Positions 52,524 through 64,000 of a stretch of 64,000 nucleotides of DNA are shown in pieces. Below the pieces are notes generated by a model that saw only the letters and a list, made by a program, of their open reading frames with translations, was not told where the DNA came from and made no database searches. How positions within the stretch are numbered: the first letter of the stretch is position 1; each line of letters starts with the position of its first letter. The position numbers were made by a program, and so were the translations under genes. The stretch is from Trichosphaerium sp. ATCC 40318 (lineage: Eukaryota; Protista; Tubulinea), in the NCBI GenBank assembly GCA_038496445.1, contig JALMLS010000322.1:496001-560000 (forward strand). The letters run 5' to 3'.

Positions 52524-54271
52524 ATATACCGGTTTAGCTGCTTGTGTCTTTTTCAGTTGTGCAATGCGAAATATAGGTATTAGTCTAGACTAAGGTCATT
52601 CTTAAGCCAAAATCTAAGATCACTTTTTCGACTGAAAATGCACTTTAAACTGTACAAAGCGCTACTTTCACGCAGTAGATACAGTTGAGAACGGCACTTA
52701 CAGTTCTCTTGCAGACAGTATAGTATACCACTACTAGTAATAAGGGCCTCAATAACTCAGATACACCCTACACATTGCCTAACACGCTGGAAATAATTCT
52801 CTTTCAATATTCTAAACCACGAATGAATGAACTAGAAATACCTACTCTTTACCAAAATCTACCAGAAAGTCACAATACTCACACCCTTATATCATGCACA
52901 AAAAAGTTGAAAACAACTATTAAACACTTTTTCTGAGACTGTTAGGGGTAACAATAGTGTACAACTTAATGTATAAATATGGACAACAGAAAGAATAGTA
53001 TTGTTTTAAAGATTTTTTTGTAGCCAACTTTCTCATTACTCATGTAAAACCTCACTGGGTTTCAGATACCAGGAAAGCACATAATTATCTTGACGGAGAA
53101 CTTACTGTTCAAAACCATTTGTGCCCTGGGTGTTAATACTTTTGTTGTAAATGAATAAATAATCAAACGACATATAAAACCTTCACACAAACCATTACAA
53201 GTATTGTGCGGTACAACCAAAGTACCCAAATAACTTTGATAACATGATAATTTTCACTAATTTCACTAGTTTCTGCGATAGCCGCTTGTGTCAGGTTGTT
53301 TCTTCAGCCAAAACTCTTGAGAGCGCTGTAGCAAAAGGAAACTTATCATATTTTGCTGAATGTATCTATTTTGATAAATTATTTATAAAGGCTACTTTGG
53401 TTGAACCGCACAATAATGATTGTCAGGATTCACTTTTCAATAACGTGCCTATAAAACAAGCAACTACAACAGCATAATATTTCAATGTTGACATAGTACA
53501 AAATAATAGAAATGCGGCAAGCGGATATGTATACAGGACACCAGAAATGGCAACGGTTTTATTGTGTTCCATGGATGATGAGATACATTGATTTTTTAAT
53601 TAAATAAAAGGTGTCAAATTTATGAGTTTGGTAATCACGTGGTTTGAAACGCTTGGATGTATGAAAAAAAGTTCTCAATTTGTAAGAAGAACTCTGCATT
53701 TTAAAGATGAAAATACTCAAAATTGTAAACTAGTACGATACAACATACCGCTGAACTCATTGGAACAACTCATAACACAGTCAAGACAAACCAGACCCTT
53801 TGTGCTTGGTTGCTTCAAGAAAAGACACAACAGGAGCCTGAAATAAACAGAATTTTATTATGTTGTTTTGCTTTCCTACAACGTATTTAATCATTCCACG
53901 CCATCTCTACGCGTAGTTAATTGTGTTTAGAGTATTTCAAAACGGTTTTGAAAGCAATCCGCTTTTTGAACCAATAAACGCTGTTTAATGTGTATAAACT
54001 TCAGGTTCCCACATACATGGAACCGCTCACATGTTCTATAGTACATAGACATCACAAAACAGAGCTCAAAAAGAATTATTTGGTACCTTATTGTATGTTG
54101 TGTTTGCCTAAAAAGGAAAGTACCAATTTTTGAACCACGAATACACTAGTAGGCTGTAGAGTTACATTAAATAATTTATTTTCAAGCTTACAGTACGTTT
54201 GCTTACACTTTTTCGGAAAAAATGATGAATGTAAACTTGTGGAAGGCTTGATAGTATCGCAAAAGCCAAAG

Positions 54272-55417
54272 TTATTTGTTGCCTCTAAGTTTCTTTCTAC
54301 GGCTCCTTTTGTGGCGGTTCATCCATAATTCTGCTTGATTCTCAGACGCGCCAATAAGATAAAGCATGTAATCGTTGTCTACGACAACACCAATATAAAA
54401 ATTTTTGCCTTTTCGGAAAAAGAACGGCTGCGCGTATTGGCCAACCATATTCAGAGTAATAAATGCCTCTAACTGGATGAGGCTTTCCAGTAAAGCATTG
54501 AAAGCTATGTTTTTTCTGAATAGGCCTACACTGCCTATCTTAAGCATTTTATCAAAGTCTTCCGACACTAGAAGACCATTTCTTTCTACTAAGGTCTTTG
54601 CTGTCGTCAACTGACGGCTAGCAGTAAGGAAACACGATATATCGCATTGTGTTATGCATTCTTGTTGGTGATTATCAACTACAGTCGATTAGAAGTGGTT
54701 TTTTTGAAAAAAAGAGAAAAATAAAAAAAAACCCTTGTAAACTCAAACAGTTTCCACTAAAACCAACAAAGCTGAAGTTTACGCACAATTTGAAAGTATG
54801 TCTGCAGTTTAAAAGAAAACAAAAATAGATAAATTCAAACATACCAAAACGTTTATAGTGCTTTGGCGGCACAAAGCATCTCAAAAGAAACGATTCAGGT
54901 TCCAATCCTCCAGTCGCGTGGTCCACGTGAACCAACAGTCATCTCCATTTGGTATCAAATAGAGAAATTTAACTACCATTTGTCTAAATACTATCGGCGG
55001 TAGCTGCGCGATAGTACGAATACCAGTGCTGGGTTCTAAAATTCTAAACTTAGAAAAAACAAAAAAACTTTCTTCAAACAAAAAAAAATTACTAACCGAC
55101 GCCCCATACGACAGCCGATTGGTTCTGGCCGTCGTAAATTATCTTTTTGTTTAGAAGATAACCTTTTTGGTTATCTGGAACCTTTCTTAGCGCTTGCAGC
55201 TGCGCAATAGCACTACGTGCAAGCTCTGCGAGCTTTCCCCCCGTTCAATTCGCAAAACTTGCGAGGTCATATCACGTAAGGTGTGACATGTAGCTCTAAC
55301 ACAAGCCCTGCTCTGTAATGACCGTAGAACCGTAACCAAAGCCACCTCTGGCAACGTCTCAAGCGAGAAGTAACCAATAAACGTTCTCCTTTTTTGTCGT
55401 TTGACAGGTGAGAACAT
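54272..55417 (-). CDS. F-box protein, possibly with SMI1/KNR4 (SUKH)-like C-terminus; frameshifted, possibly a pseudogene
   Basis: SLETLPEVALVTVL..RACVRATCHTLR F-box. A 1-nt frameshift at 55234-55242 relative to the paralogue; exon 2 frame also unresolved. Last exon LVERNGLLVSEDFDKML..FYIG. Confidence 0.55.
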
Positions 55418-56334
55418 TATACGGTGTAGGTGCTTATCGTTTGAGTTGTGTAATGTGTGAAATATAGCAGTCAGTCTTGGTCATTCTTAAGCCGAATTCG
55501 AAGTTTCTCCTTATCTAAGATCACGTTTTTCGGCCGAAGTAACACAAAAAAGGTGTAAAGCGTTATTGACGCTATATTAAGCTCTGGTATGAATATAAAA
55601 CGAGATTGTAACAAAATAACGCTACGATCACGTTTTTTGAATCGAAAAATGCTGATGGGGTTTAAAGTGCCAGTAACTAATACCACGTACTGTTTTTAAA
55701 TTAATCAAGTGATTGTAGAGTGGTTTTAAGCAACTGAAATAGATCAAGTTTTAAAACGCAAATAAAGCTAAAACAACCTCTACAGATTTAAAGTCGACGT
55801 CGTACGCTGCACAATGCCCTAACATGAGTTACAACACCAATTCCCTGCGGTATAACAAAAAAAAACGTTTTTTTACTCAAAACCGGTACGATCACGTTTT
55901 TTTGAATCGAACACCTTCCTAAACTACTATTTCAAGCGAAAATGAGTGAAAAATTGTAATATGAATGGATTTAGAGCCTTTTTGGCGGTTTTGACATACA
56001 TACAGGAGGAGAATAGTATAATACTTGTTTTCTGGTTATCGTCGTATGTTTCCTTGGTAGAATTTTCACATAACAACACTAGTGCACTGGTGCACATTGT
56101 ACGTAAGTGGACTATGCGTTATGCAACTGCGTAAGCGAAGGCTAAAGACTGTCTGTAAGTGATATGGATACTTATACGCTTTGCATCGACCAAATAAAAA
56201 CTAAAGTTTGATCAAAGCTGTTTCTATTGGTGCGTTGTAGCGCTAGACGCGGTTTCACGCAGTTTCTTCAAAACCACTTTTTTTTTAAGGATAATTTGTA
56301 CAGGTTTATAAATCGAACGACTTTCTTCAATAGT

Positions 56335-56569
56335 AAGCCGGTCTTAATTAACCCTTCTGACTGATGTGCCGCTACTCCGCTGAGCGGAGAGGGCGCCTTA
56401 AGAGCTTGATGCTGGTACCTTCGTTACGGTATTTATCTGGTTGGAAACCTAATTTCCAGGGCAGCAACATCTACTTTCAATGGTAGATGCATATCACCAA
56501 GGCGCTAACAGGCAAGGCTCTCCGTAACACAGAGTATCCTAGCACCTTGCCTCCAATAAACTTTTTTTT
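56335..56569 (+). ncRNA. Candidate structured ncRNA, family unknown
   Basis: GC-rich island with nested 6-8 bp helices, G-U pairs favouring the + strand, an upstream TATA-like TTATAAAT (56306-56313) and a terminal T8. Confidence 0.4.
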
Positions 56570-56725
56570 GATATTTGCTCATATTACAAGGTCCAGCTTT
56601 GTCTCCATCTCTCCGCTTCAACATAAATCTAAAATCATTGGAAGTCTGCCATGATTTATATTTCGCAAAATAAATTGTTTGCAACTAAACATGAACGGTG
56701 AGTGTACAAAGGGCGTTGGTTTTTA

Positions 56726-58747
56726 TTAATACATCTCACTTGTCATTTTCTTCTTTTTCTTCAAGTTAGCGCTAGATACCTTGCTTCTATGAGACTTTGA
56801 ACGTCTCACTTTTGCTTTCGTCTTAGTCTTTCCATTATTTCCTGATATTGTGACACTAGAAGGCTGTGGGACGGGATCTGGCGTATTGCTTGGATCTAGA
56901 TACTGCAAAAAGCCTACAACAAACATTAAACGCGGTACTAAGCTCCTCGGCAAAGATTCAGCGTGTACAATAGCACATACCATGAGTTTCTTTTCGCGAG
57001 TAGTCTGGTTGTTTTCCTGTGATCTTTTCTATTCTAGGTGCGTCTCCAGGGCTTCCATCTTCGTCAATGAAGCTCAAGAAACCCTGAGCGTTTCTAAAAA
57101 AATTAGAACCCAAGCGCTGTTGCAAGTAAACTAAGTCGCACCCAACGGAAACGCTATCACTGTTTTTATTAAATGTTGTCTGCACAGTAGGACCACGACT
57201 AAGTCCAGTTCTTGGACCAGTCTGTGCTCTTCTTGGGCTACTTTTAGATCCTTTTTTTGTTTTTTTTTTCTTCGGTGGAGGCTAAATCTATTAGATCGCT
57301 CAACGTAAGTATTTGATACCACGCACATCAGATTCAGATCGTTTAATAACAGTTACAGTAGGTGCTCTACTTTTGTTTTTCTTATCTTCATCTATATACT
57401 GAAGGAAACCTTGCGCTGTGTTTCGTGTTGGTACATTATTACTTCTAACGAAACCTTGAGTAAACGGAAGTATCACCTACAAAACTTACTGCTCTCGATC
57501 TGCTGATATTACTGTAACTTGCATGCGTCCTGGGTCAGAACTAAGGTAATCAAGGAAACCTTTTACATTTGGTGCTGTCACAACTTCTCTACTAGGAGAA
57601 CTCTTTTTACCCTTCTTTTTGCGTACTTTGCGCCTACAAGAATCATAAGCGCGAAAACAACAAGTAAAAATGACATACTTCATTTTATTAAAATCGCTCT
57701 TGTTTCGCCTGTGAGACTTCTACGTGAGGATTAGTGCCTGTTTAACCAAAATGGCGAAGGTCTCATGACGCACTTCGGGAACTGAAGCCAAGGATTTGCT
57801 GGCTCTTAAGTCCGAACCATCTACGCTGGAACTATACGATCGAGCGCTTAAAGGTCTAGCTTGCTGCAAGAAGATTAAGAATTAAAAAAAACATTAAAGA
57901 GTATACGTACATCTTCTGTTGAGTGAGCCATTGAGCCCAGTGATGATCCTTCGCTCTCGTTTGTACTTGGTATTCTTCGCTCTCGCTTTTTAGCATGTGA
58001 TGTCGAATGCCTGTGTCTTGGACTCCTACAGTGTATTCAATACCGATCATAATCCAAAACAGTAAATTGCTTACTTCTTTTTTTGTTTCCCTGCTTTTTT
58101 GGGTTCACGCAAGCGAGGTGATTCTAGTTGCAAATCTGGAATTCCTGTTGTGTCACTAACAACTTTTTTGTACGGGTTGTATATTTTAACGGGTGATAGA
58201 GGCGCTTCGAATTGCTGTTTTACATCTGGTTCGAGCGCACTTGCTTCTATTTGCTTGAGTAAAAAATTGTTGTGCTGTGAAATGAATAAATGGCCATCAT
58301 CTTCGTCTGAGCAGATACCTATTGATTGTTACGCTCGAGAATATAATAGTACACTACCTCCGACAGGTGAGGAGCCAAATAACTCAAATGCAGATTGTGC
58401 GGCGTTAAACCCCTAAAATAAGAATTAGGAATCTATGTACCTCTTAACGTAGTATGTCACCAACGATAGCAAGTTAAAAGAATTGTGTCACTTTTGAGTG
58501 AGGAAAGTAGTTCATTTTGTGTGCGTTAAATCACCGCACACACAACGGTGGTATGTATGCTCTCAGGGCACAGGATGGAAAAATCTTTAACGCCATCACC
58601 TCGCAGGAAGAGTCGCAAGAGAAGTGCCTCAACCTCTGTAGGCTCAGGGAGACGAAATAGTCTCCAAAGAAGAAACACTACAGTAACTCGCAACAAATCG
58701 CAGCGTAGAGTCGGTACGGCTTTATTTTGGCATAAAAATAATGTCAT
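56726..58747 (-). CDS. Low-complexity basic/Ser-rich hypothetical protein with repeated GFLx[YF][IL] motif
   Basis: Multiple GT-AG exons; motifs GFLDYLS, GFLQYID, GFLSFID, GFLQYLD. Start uncertain. Confidence 0.55.
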
Positions 58748-58867
58748 ACCTTATTCATACCATTTACAGCGCGGCTGCGGTGCCCCAATCGTTTTTTCAC
58801 CTTCTTTCAAATTCCAAATAGCTTTTTTGTAAAATTTTGAACGCAGACGTCAAAGGCAAATGCCGCA

Positions 58868-61800
58868 ATGAGTAACAAGAAAGACTCACAGCGCACGCTG
58901 GCTCGTAAAAGCCGTGCTAACTCGCCTTTGCCTAAGGCGTCCAGATCTTCGCGAACAACAGAAACAAAAGGTTTTCTTTTCTTATAGCAAACAGTAGTGT
59001 ACGTTTATGCTAATTCTGACGCAGATAAAGAAGAAGCCTCCCTAAAACTAAAGATCTTGAGCCAGTACTTGAATGAGGTGCGCAGAGCGTTTCGTTAGCG
59101 TAACAGTTAACTTTAGCCCTCACACTTAAATTAACAACTTTGGTTGGCTCACTGGCAATAGATACAAAAAGGATCCGTTGGGGCTACCACAAAGCAAAAC
59201 TTGAAGAAGGCGCTAACGGAGCTTCGATCGAGCATAATCCGTGATAATGGTAAAGTATACACACGCAAGCAGGGCTACCTGTCCACAAATGACGTACGCG
59301 CATTGGCTCTAAATTAATCATAAAACATACAACCAGTTGCAAAAACCTCTCGTAACGTTTTGTTGCAACCCATTGCTTCGATATCCTTCTTTGGTCGCCC
59401 GCTAATATTGTTTTCTTTTTTTTGCAGGCAATAAAGCTAGTTGCAGATGTAGCACAGTTAGGGACACAACAAGAGCTTGAAATAACGCGCAAGGCATACA
59501 TGTTATTGTCAGCTATACTCAATAAGAACCCAACAGCAGCCAGTAGGGCTAGAGATAAAGTAACGTTGAGTAGCCTTGCAAAGATTAAAACTAGGGAACA
59601 GGTACAATTTGGAATTTCGTAAAATGTGTTTATTAATAACGCAAATTACCGCCGTCTAAAAAATAGACTCGACGAAATTATAACTTTAGTGTTTTCAGGC
59701 CAAGTTTGGCAATTATGAGTGTTTTTTCTTTTATTCGCTAGTTTATTGTCTTATATACCTTTAGCGTCGTTACTGGGAGGGTGTACCTATTGCTGAACCA
59801 TTTATATTGATGTACAAGAACAATCAGGAGTTTTTGTTCAAGCTAGAGGACGAAGTGCTTCTAAATGTTTTTGAAATCATAGATGCCACTCAGAATTATC
59901 GCTTTGTAGACTTTCTGTCTACATTGTGTACCTGCGATAGCTTACCACTGCCCGAGACGCAAAAAATCATTGCTGAAGAATTGATAAATAACGAGTCGCT
60001 TGAATTCGGTATTGAGCTAGAAGCTGGCCGTGTGTTGCTTTCAACGCAAGACGAGAGAGATATACCACTGTTAGAGTTTTTGAAGCGAGGTGGATCGCAA
60101 GTAGACTTATTTTATTCTGTAATCAACCTATTCAGTTCTATTTGTAAGGTACGTTGGTGCATGGTCATCACCGTCACAATTTAACGCTTTCATGAATCGC
60201 CGAAGTTCTATATCTCATTTTTGAAGTCACAGTTTATTATTTTTTTCTTTTACGCGTTGGTATCCGCCATACTAATGCTATTCTACACCATGACGTCATA
60301 ATTCTTTTTTATTGTTTTTAGTTTTTGTTTTTTCTTTTTTTCCCTTTACCTTATCGCTGTGCGCGTACTATGATTTTTTGTTCATGCTTTGTTTTTAGGG
60401 GAGAAATTACATGGCTATTGAAATTGTTACAGATCAATTAAAGGTTTCTCGTGATGTTGTATTTCATATTCTAGAGGAAGATAAATACCCTGCACGGTTA
60501 CGTTCAGTAGCTTGCAAGCTCTTGATAAATGGGTTTATTGATAGAGATCCATATTACCCTAGCACAACGACGCTAAAGCGCGCATGGGTAAGTTTATCTA
60601 TTTTCCAATGACCAGATTCGCCTTCAAATACCTTGCACCTTTTTGAAGCTTTTTTTGGTGTAAATTAACGTCGGTTTGGTGTTTGTTGTACACGTTTGAT
60701 TTTGATGAAGTATTTTTGTTGGATTTTGGGCTTATCGTATTGTAGGTGTATCCTTATAGAAAAGTAGAGCGTAAAAAGCAGCGCAATGACATTGAGAAAT
60801 TTTCTTTGTCGTATATTTTTGATGATAAAAACTATACTATGGACGCACGGTATCGTCGAAAGGGATATTTGAATTTATTTCACAACGTACGAGCGTTTAG
60901 AAAACACGGAATGAAGTGATCTTTTTTTTTTTCTTGCTCGTAGTGTCGTAATTAATTTGGTTTGTAGATTATAAAGCTTATACGTGTTTGCTTCTTTTGT
61001 GGCATCATAGAGACTTCGAAGGAAGCTCATGTACTTCGTTTTTGCTACGCACTTAATATTGAACCAACAGATGGTACGTCTTGCCTCTAAATTACCTGTT
61101 TTTATCGTATTTATTTTTCTTTACTCGTTGTTAAACTTATTTATTAGATTGGAGTGATGAAGATAAAAGGAAGCTCATTGTAAGTTGGCTTTTTTTTTTT
61201 TCAACAGAAAAAAACAGCTACGCGTGTAGCTGCCTTTTTGGAAACCAAGTATTATTTGTTTCTTAATTTCGCTACGTTAGGATGTCAAATTGGAGATTTT
61301 GAATATTGTTGAAAGATTTCTGGATCATTTGAATCGCAAGGGCATGTCAGAGTATTTATCAAGGGCCAGTGGTGATAAAACTACTATTGCTGTTATTGAT
61401 AAGCAAGTACAAGAGCGCGAACAAAAGATAAAGATGATACAATCGCTATTAGGCGGTAGACCAATTGTACGTTACATTACGTTATTTTATAGGTTATTTT
61501 TTTTGGTTTTGACCATCTTTGTAGTCCAAAATCACGAAGTACGATAAGTATTCCTTGAGTGCAGCATTATTGCGACAGTTCAAGCTGAGGAACGCAAAGT
61601 TGACGCGCAAGGCATTGAATTTGCTTCTCCACCTACTCACTACACAAAGGTATGACTCGCATATTTGTTGTTGTTTTGGTATTAAAGCTATTTTTTTTTT
61701 ATAGTGAAGAAGCACTTTTGATTAAAATGATTCCAACAATACAATTGATCTTGACACGTGAAGACCAAGAAGAAGCTACGAAGTTAACAAAGCGTGTTAG

Positions 61801-64000
61801 TAGTCTTATGAGATTAACTACACAACGTGTTAATGAACGGCAACTCGACAAGTTTGTTGATATGTTTAAAATGCTCATTTCAATGTGTACTGGTACGTTT
61901 ACAGTTTCCCCTCAAGCATCTTTTTGAGCTATGAGTATTCGGTAACAGTGATTAATTGACGTGTCATTTAGATGAACAGAACAAGGAGGAAAATAAGCGA
62001 TTGTTGTATAACTTGCGAGTGCATGATAAAGTAATGCAAATTCTTTCTGTACGTTCTCTTTTTTCTTTCTTCTATTTTTTCAATAATTCTTGTGTTACTT
62101 ACATATATACGTATAGGTGCCTATTGAACCTGCTGATGATTGCGACTTGAACCCTAATCAAGTGTATGTACAAGGGTATAACTTTATCCGCGAGGTATGT
62201 TGCAAAGGCTTTGGTTTTTTGGGTTGAAAATTGAATGTTTTTCTTTGTTTGCGCTCTTTACTGACAATAATAATTTTTTAGTTCTGTATGGACAGCAAGC
62301 GAAATCAACGTGCTGTTTTTGAATACTTGGATTGGATGATTCATCAGTTATTGATCTTTATTGGCTTACAATCTAAAAAGACTGAGCTAGCTATCTTGAA
62401 AGCAATCAATAGTGTTTTGTTAGAAAACCACGATTTGTGTGAACGTATGACTTTGAATAATATTGATAAGCTTGTAAACCTTGCTTGGAATAACAAAGTA
62501 GCTCATAATTACGTCGTTTTGTTTCAGGTACGATATAAAACTCTGAACGAAGACAAGAAACGTTGTATTACCCCCATTGCTGATTAGTTTTGTTTTAGAC
62601 AATCATTGCTCCACATGATACTAAAAGAGCTTCTATATACATGCAAACACAAGTGTTCAAGGCACTATTACGCCACCGGAAGATAAAGGAAATGTGAGTC
62701 GATACTGCTTTGATGTGTTGTTTTTTTTTGTTGCTGATGTTTTACTTTCTTAGAATGAGACCTGGTCGGCGAAGAGATCAACTCAAATTTTCTGAGTTGG
62801 GAACTCTGGACGATGGCAAAGCTACTAATTTCTTGTCACTGTTGACACTCTGTGTTGAGGGTAGCAACCCTGAAGTAGAAACACAGTTACAAAAGATTTT
62901 CCCTCTTAGCCACTGCGTCAAGGCGTGCAAGTTGTGCTTTGAAGATTATCCAGATATCATCCCTACATATACACAGTTTATGACTGAAATCCATTTGAAC
63001 ACAGTAGCAATTACAGACAAGCGTATGTGTTTTTTTTCTTGGTTTTGGATTTTCTCTTTTTTTTTGCAATTGCCTGACTGAATTTGTATAGCTGGTCTTG
63101 ATGAGAGGTTATGGCTATTGATGAAGTCATTTGCAGATGATTTAGATACTTTAGTTAAAGAAGGCATAGCCCTATCAGAGTACGCTTCTATTATATTTTT
63201 CTTTCTCTGCCAATACAAAAAAAACCATCGGATTACTGAGTTTTCTGTTTAGATCTGGATTGGAATATGTCTTTGAAGGTATTGTACCACTTTTCAGGTA
63301 TTACTTTAGCAAGAGCTTTATTCAAGCGTTCGATGAGATGAAGTACGTCCACTTGTTCTTTTCTCTCTTTATTTACTTTCTGTGTAGTACTGAAGAACGT
63401 GAAAAGCGTCGGGCAATCGCTGATACAATAGTAATGAATCTGTTGCTATTGAAGAGACGTTTTACTATGGTATGTTGTTTTCTTGTTTCTTTATGATTAT
63501 GATGTATTAACCTGTTTATTAGGTTCGTGGTGCTGATAACCATGTTGCAGCGTTGAATTTGTGTCTTAAAGCCATGGGCGACGTTGGACTTACAGGAGAA
63601 GGCGAACAAGTCACTCAAGAGGTAGCTCTTTTATTTTATTTATTGATTGTAAGTTCGTTATTCTTATGATTGGTAGATGGACTATATAGTGCGTACAGTC
63701 ACTGTAAAAGTTATGCAAGATGATGAGGAACCAGAATACGCAGAGTTCCCTATTCAAGCGTCTTTCATGATTAAGCTGTAAGTTTTCTTTAAATTATAGA
63801 TGACTTGTGACTTATGCTTTTTTTTCGATTAGAAATGACTTGATTGCATTCCGTGTCGCTGAATTAATGACTGAAGAAGGAGAGTTTGAATACTACATGA
63901 AAGTACTTGTTAATGAACTAGGGTACGAACAAAACCCTAGAGGGATTTATCTTTTAGTTTATGTCAAAGTTATCTCAATGCTAATGGTTTCTTAGCACTG
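58868..64000 (+). CDS. Inositol 1,4,5-trisphosphate receptor-like channel, 5' part (continues beyond the window)
   Basis: RIH-type segments YKNNQEFL..RFVDFLSTLC..LPETQKII, INLFSSICKGRNYMAI..LRSVACKLL..IDRDP, NKRLLYNLRVHD, LLTLCVEGSNPEVETQLQKIFPL. Confidence 0.82.

Noticed and set aside
53244-53590. Possible decayed ankyrin-repeat gene
   Set aside because: Only faint motif echoes across broken frames.
55610-55912. Direct repeat TACGATCACGTTTTTTGAATCGAA (two copies)
   Set aside because: A local duplication upstream of a decaying gene, with no element ends or target-site duplication visible.

Overview
This is compact, AT-rich, intron-dense eukaryotic DNA, probably from a protist. An amoeba-like lineage is suggested by a Grl-type class C GPCR, an IP3R-like channel and virus-like F-box repeat genes, but the taxon cannot be fixed from the sequence. 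Introns are mostly short, with GTACGT/GTAAGT/GTATGT donors, so the ORF track shows only exon fragments. I spliced about 25 genes by eye, so boundaries are approximate. Housekeeping genes: Dabb, chitobiase CTBS, PLPBP, CaMK-type kinase, PPME1, INO80B, SYS1, CCAR1, ZIP11, a 2OG-Fe(II) oxygenase and an IP3R-like channel. Best candidate for a new system: a gene at 3832-6627 (-) joining an MLKL-like four-helix death domain, two degenerate receiver (REC)-fold domains and a C2 domain. Other highlights: (1) a ~3.7 kb palindromic duplication holding two SPRY genes with near-identical N-termini but divergent SPRY loops, a shared apparent GG-AG intron, and a solo LTR inserted on a splice donor; (2) an archaeal AlaX-S-like tRNA-editing homologue with degenerate zinc ligands; (3) an IP3R-like gene lacking its N-terminal beta-trefoil domains; (4) several structured ncRNA candidates; (5) strong CACGTG enrichment in introns. 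Family calls rest on remembered motifs; no database search was run.
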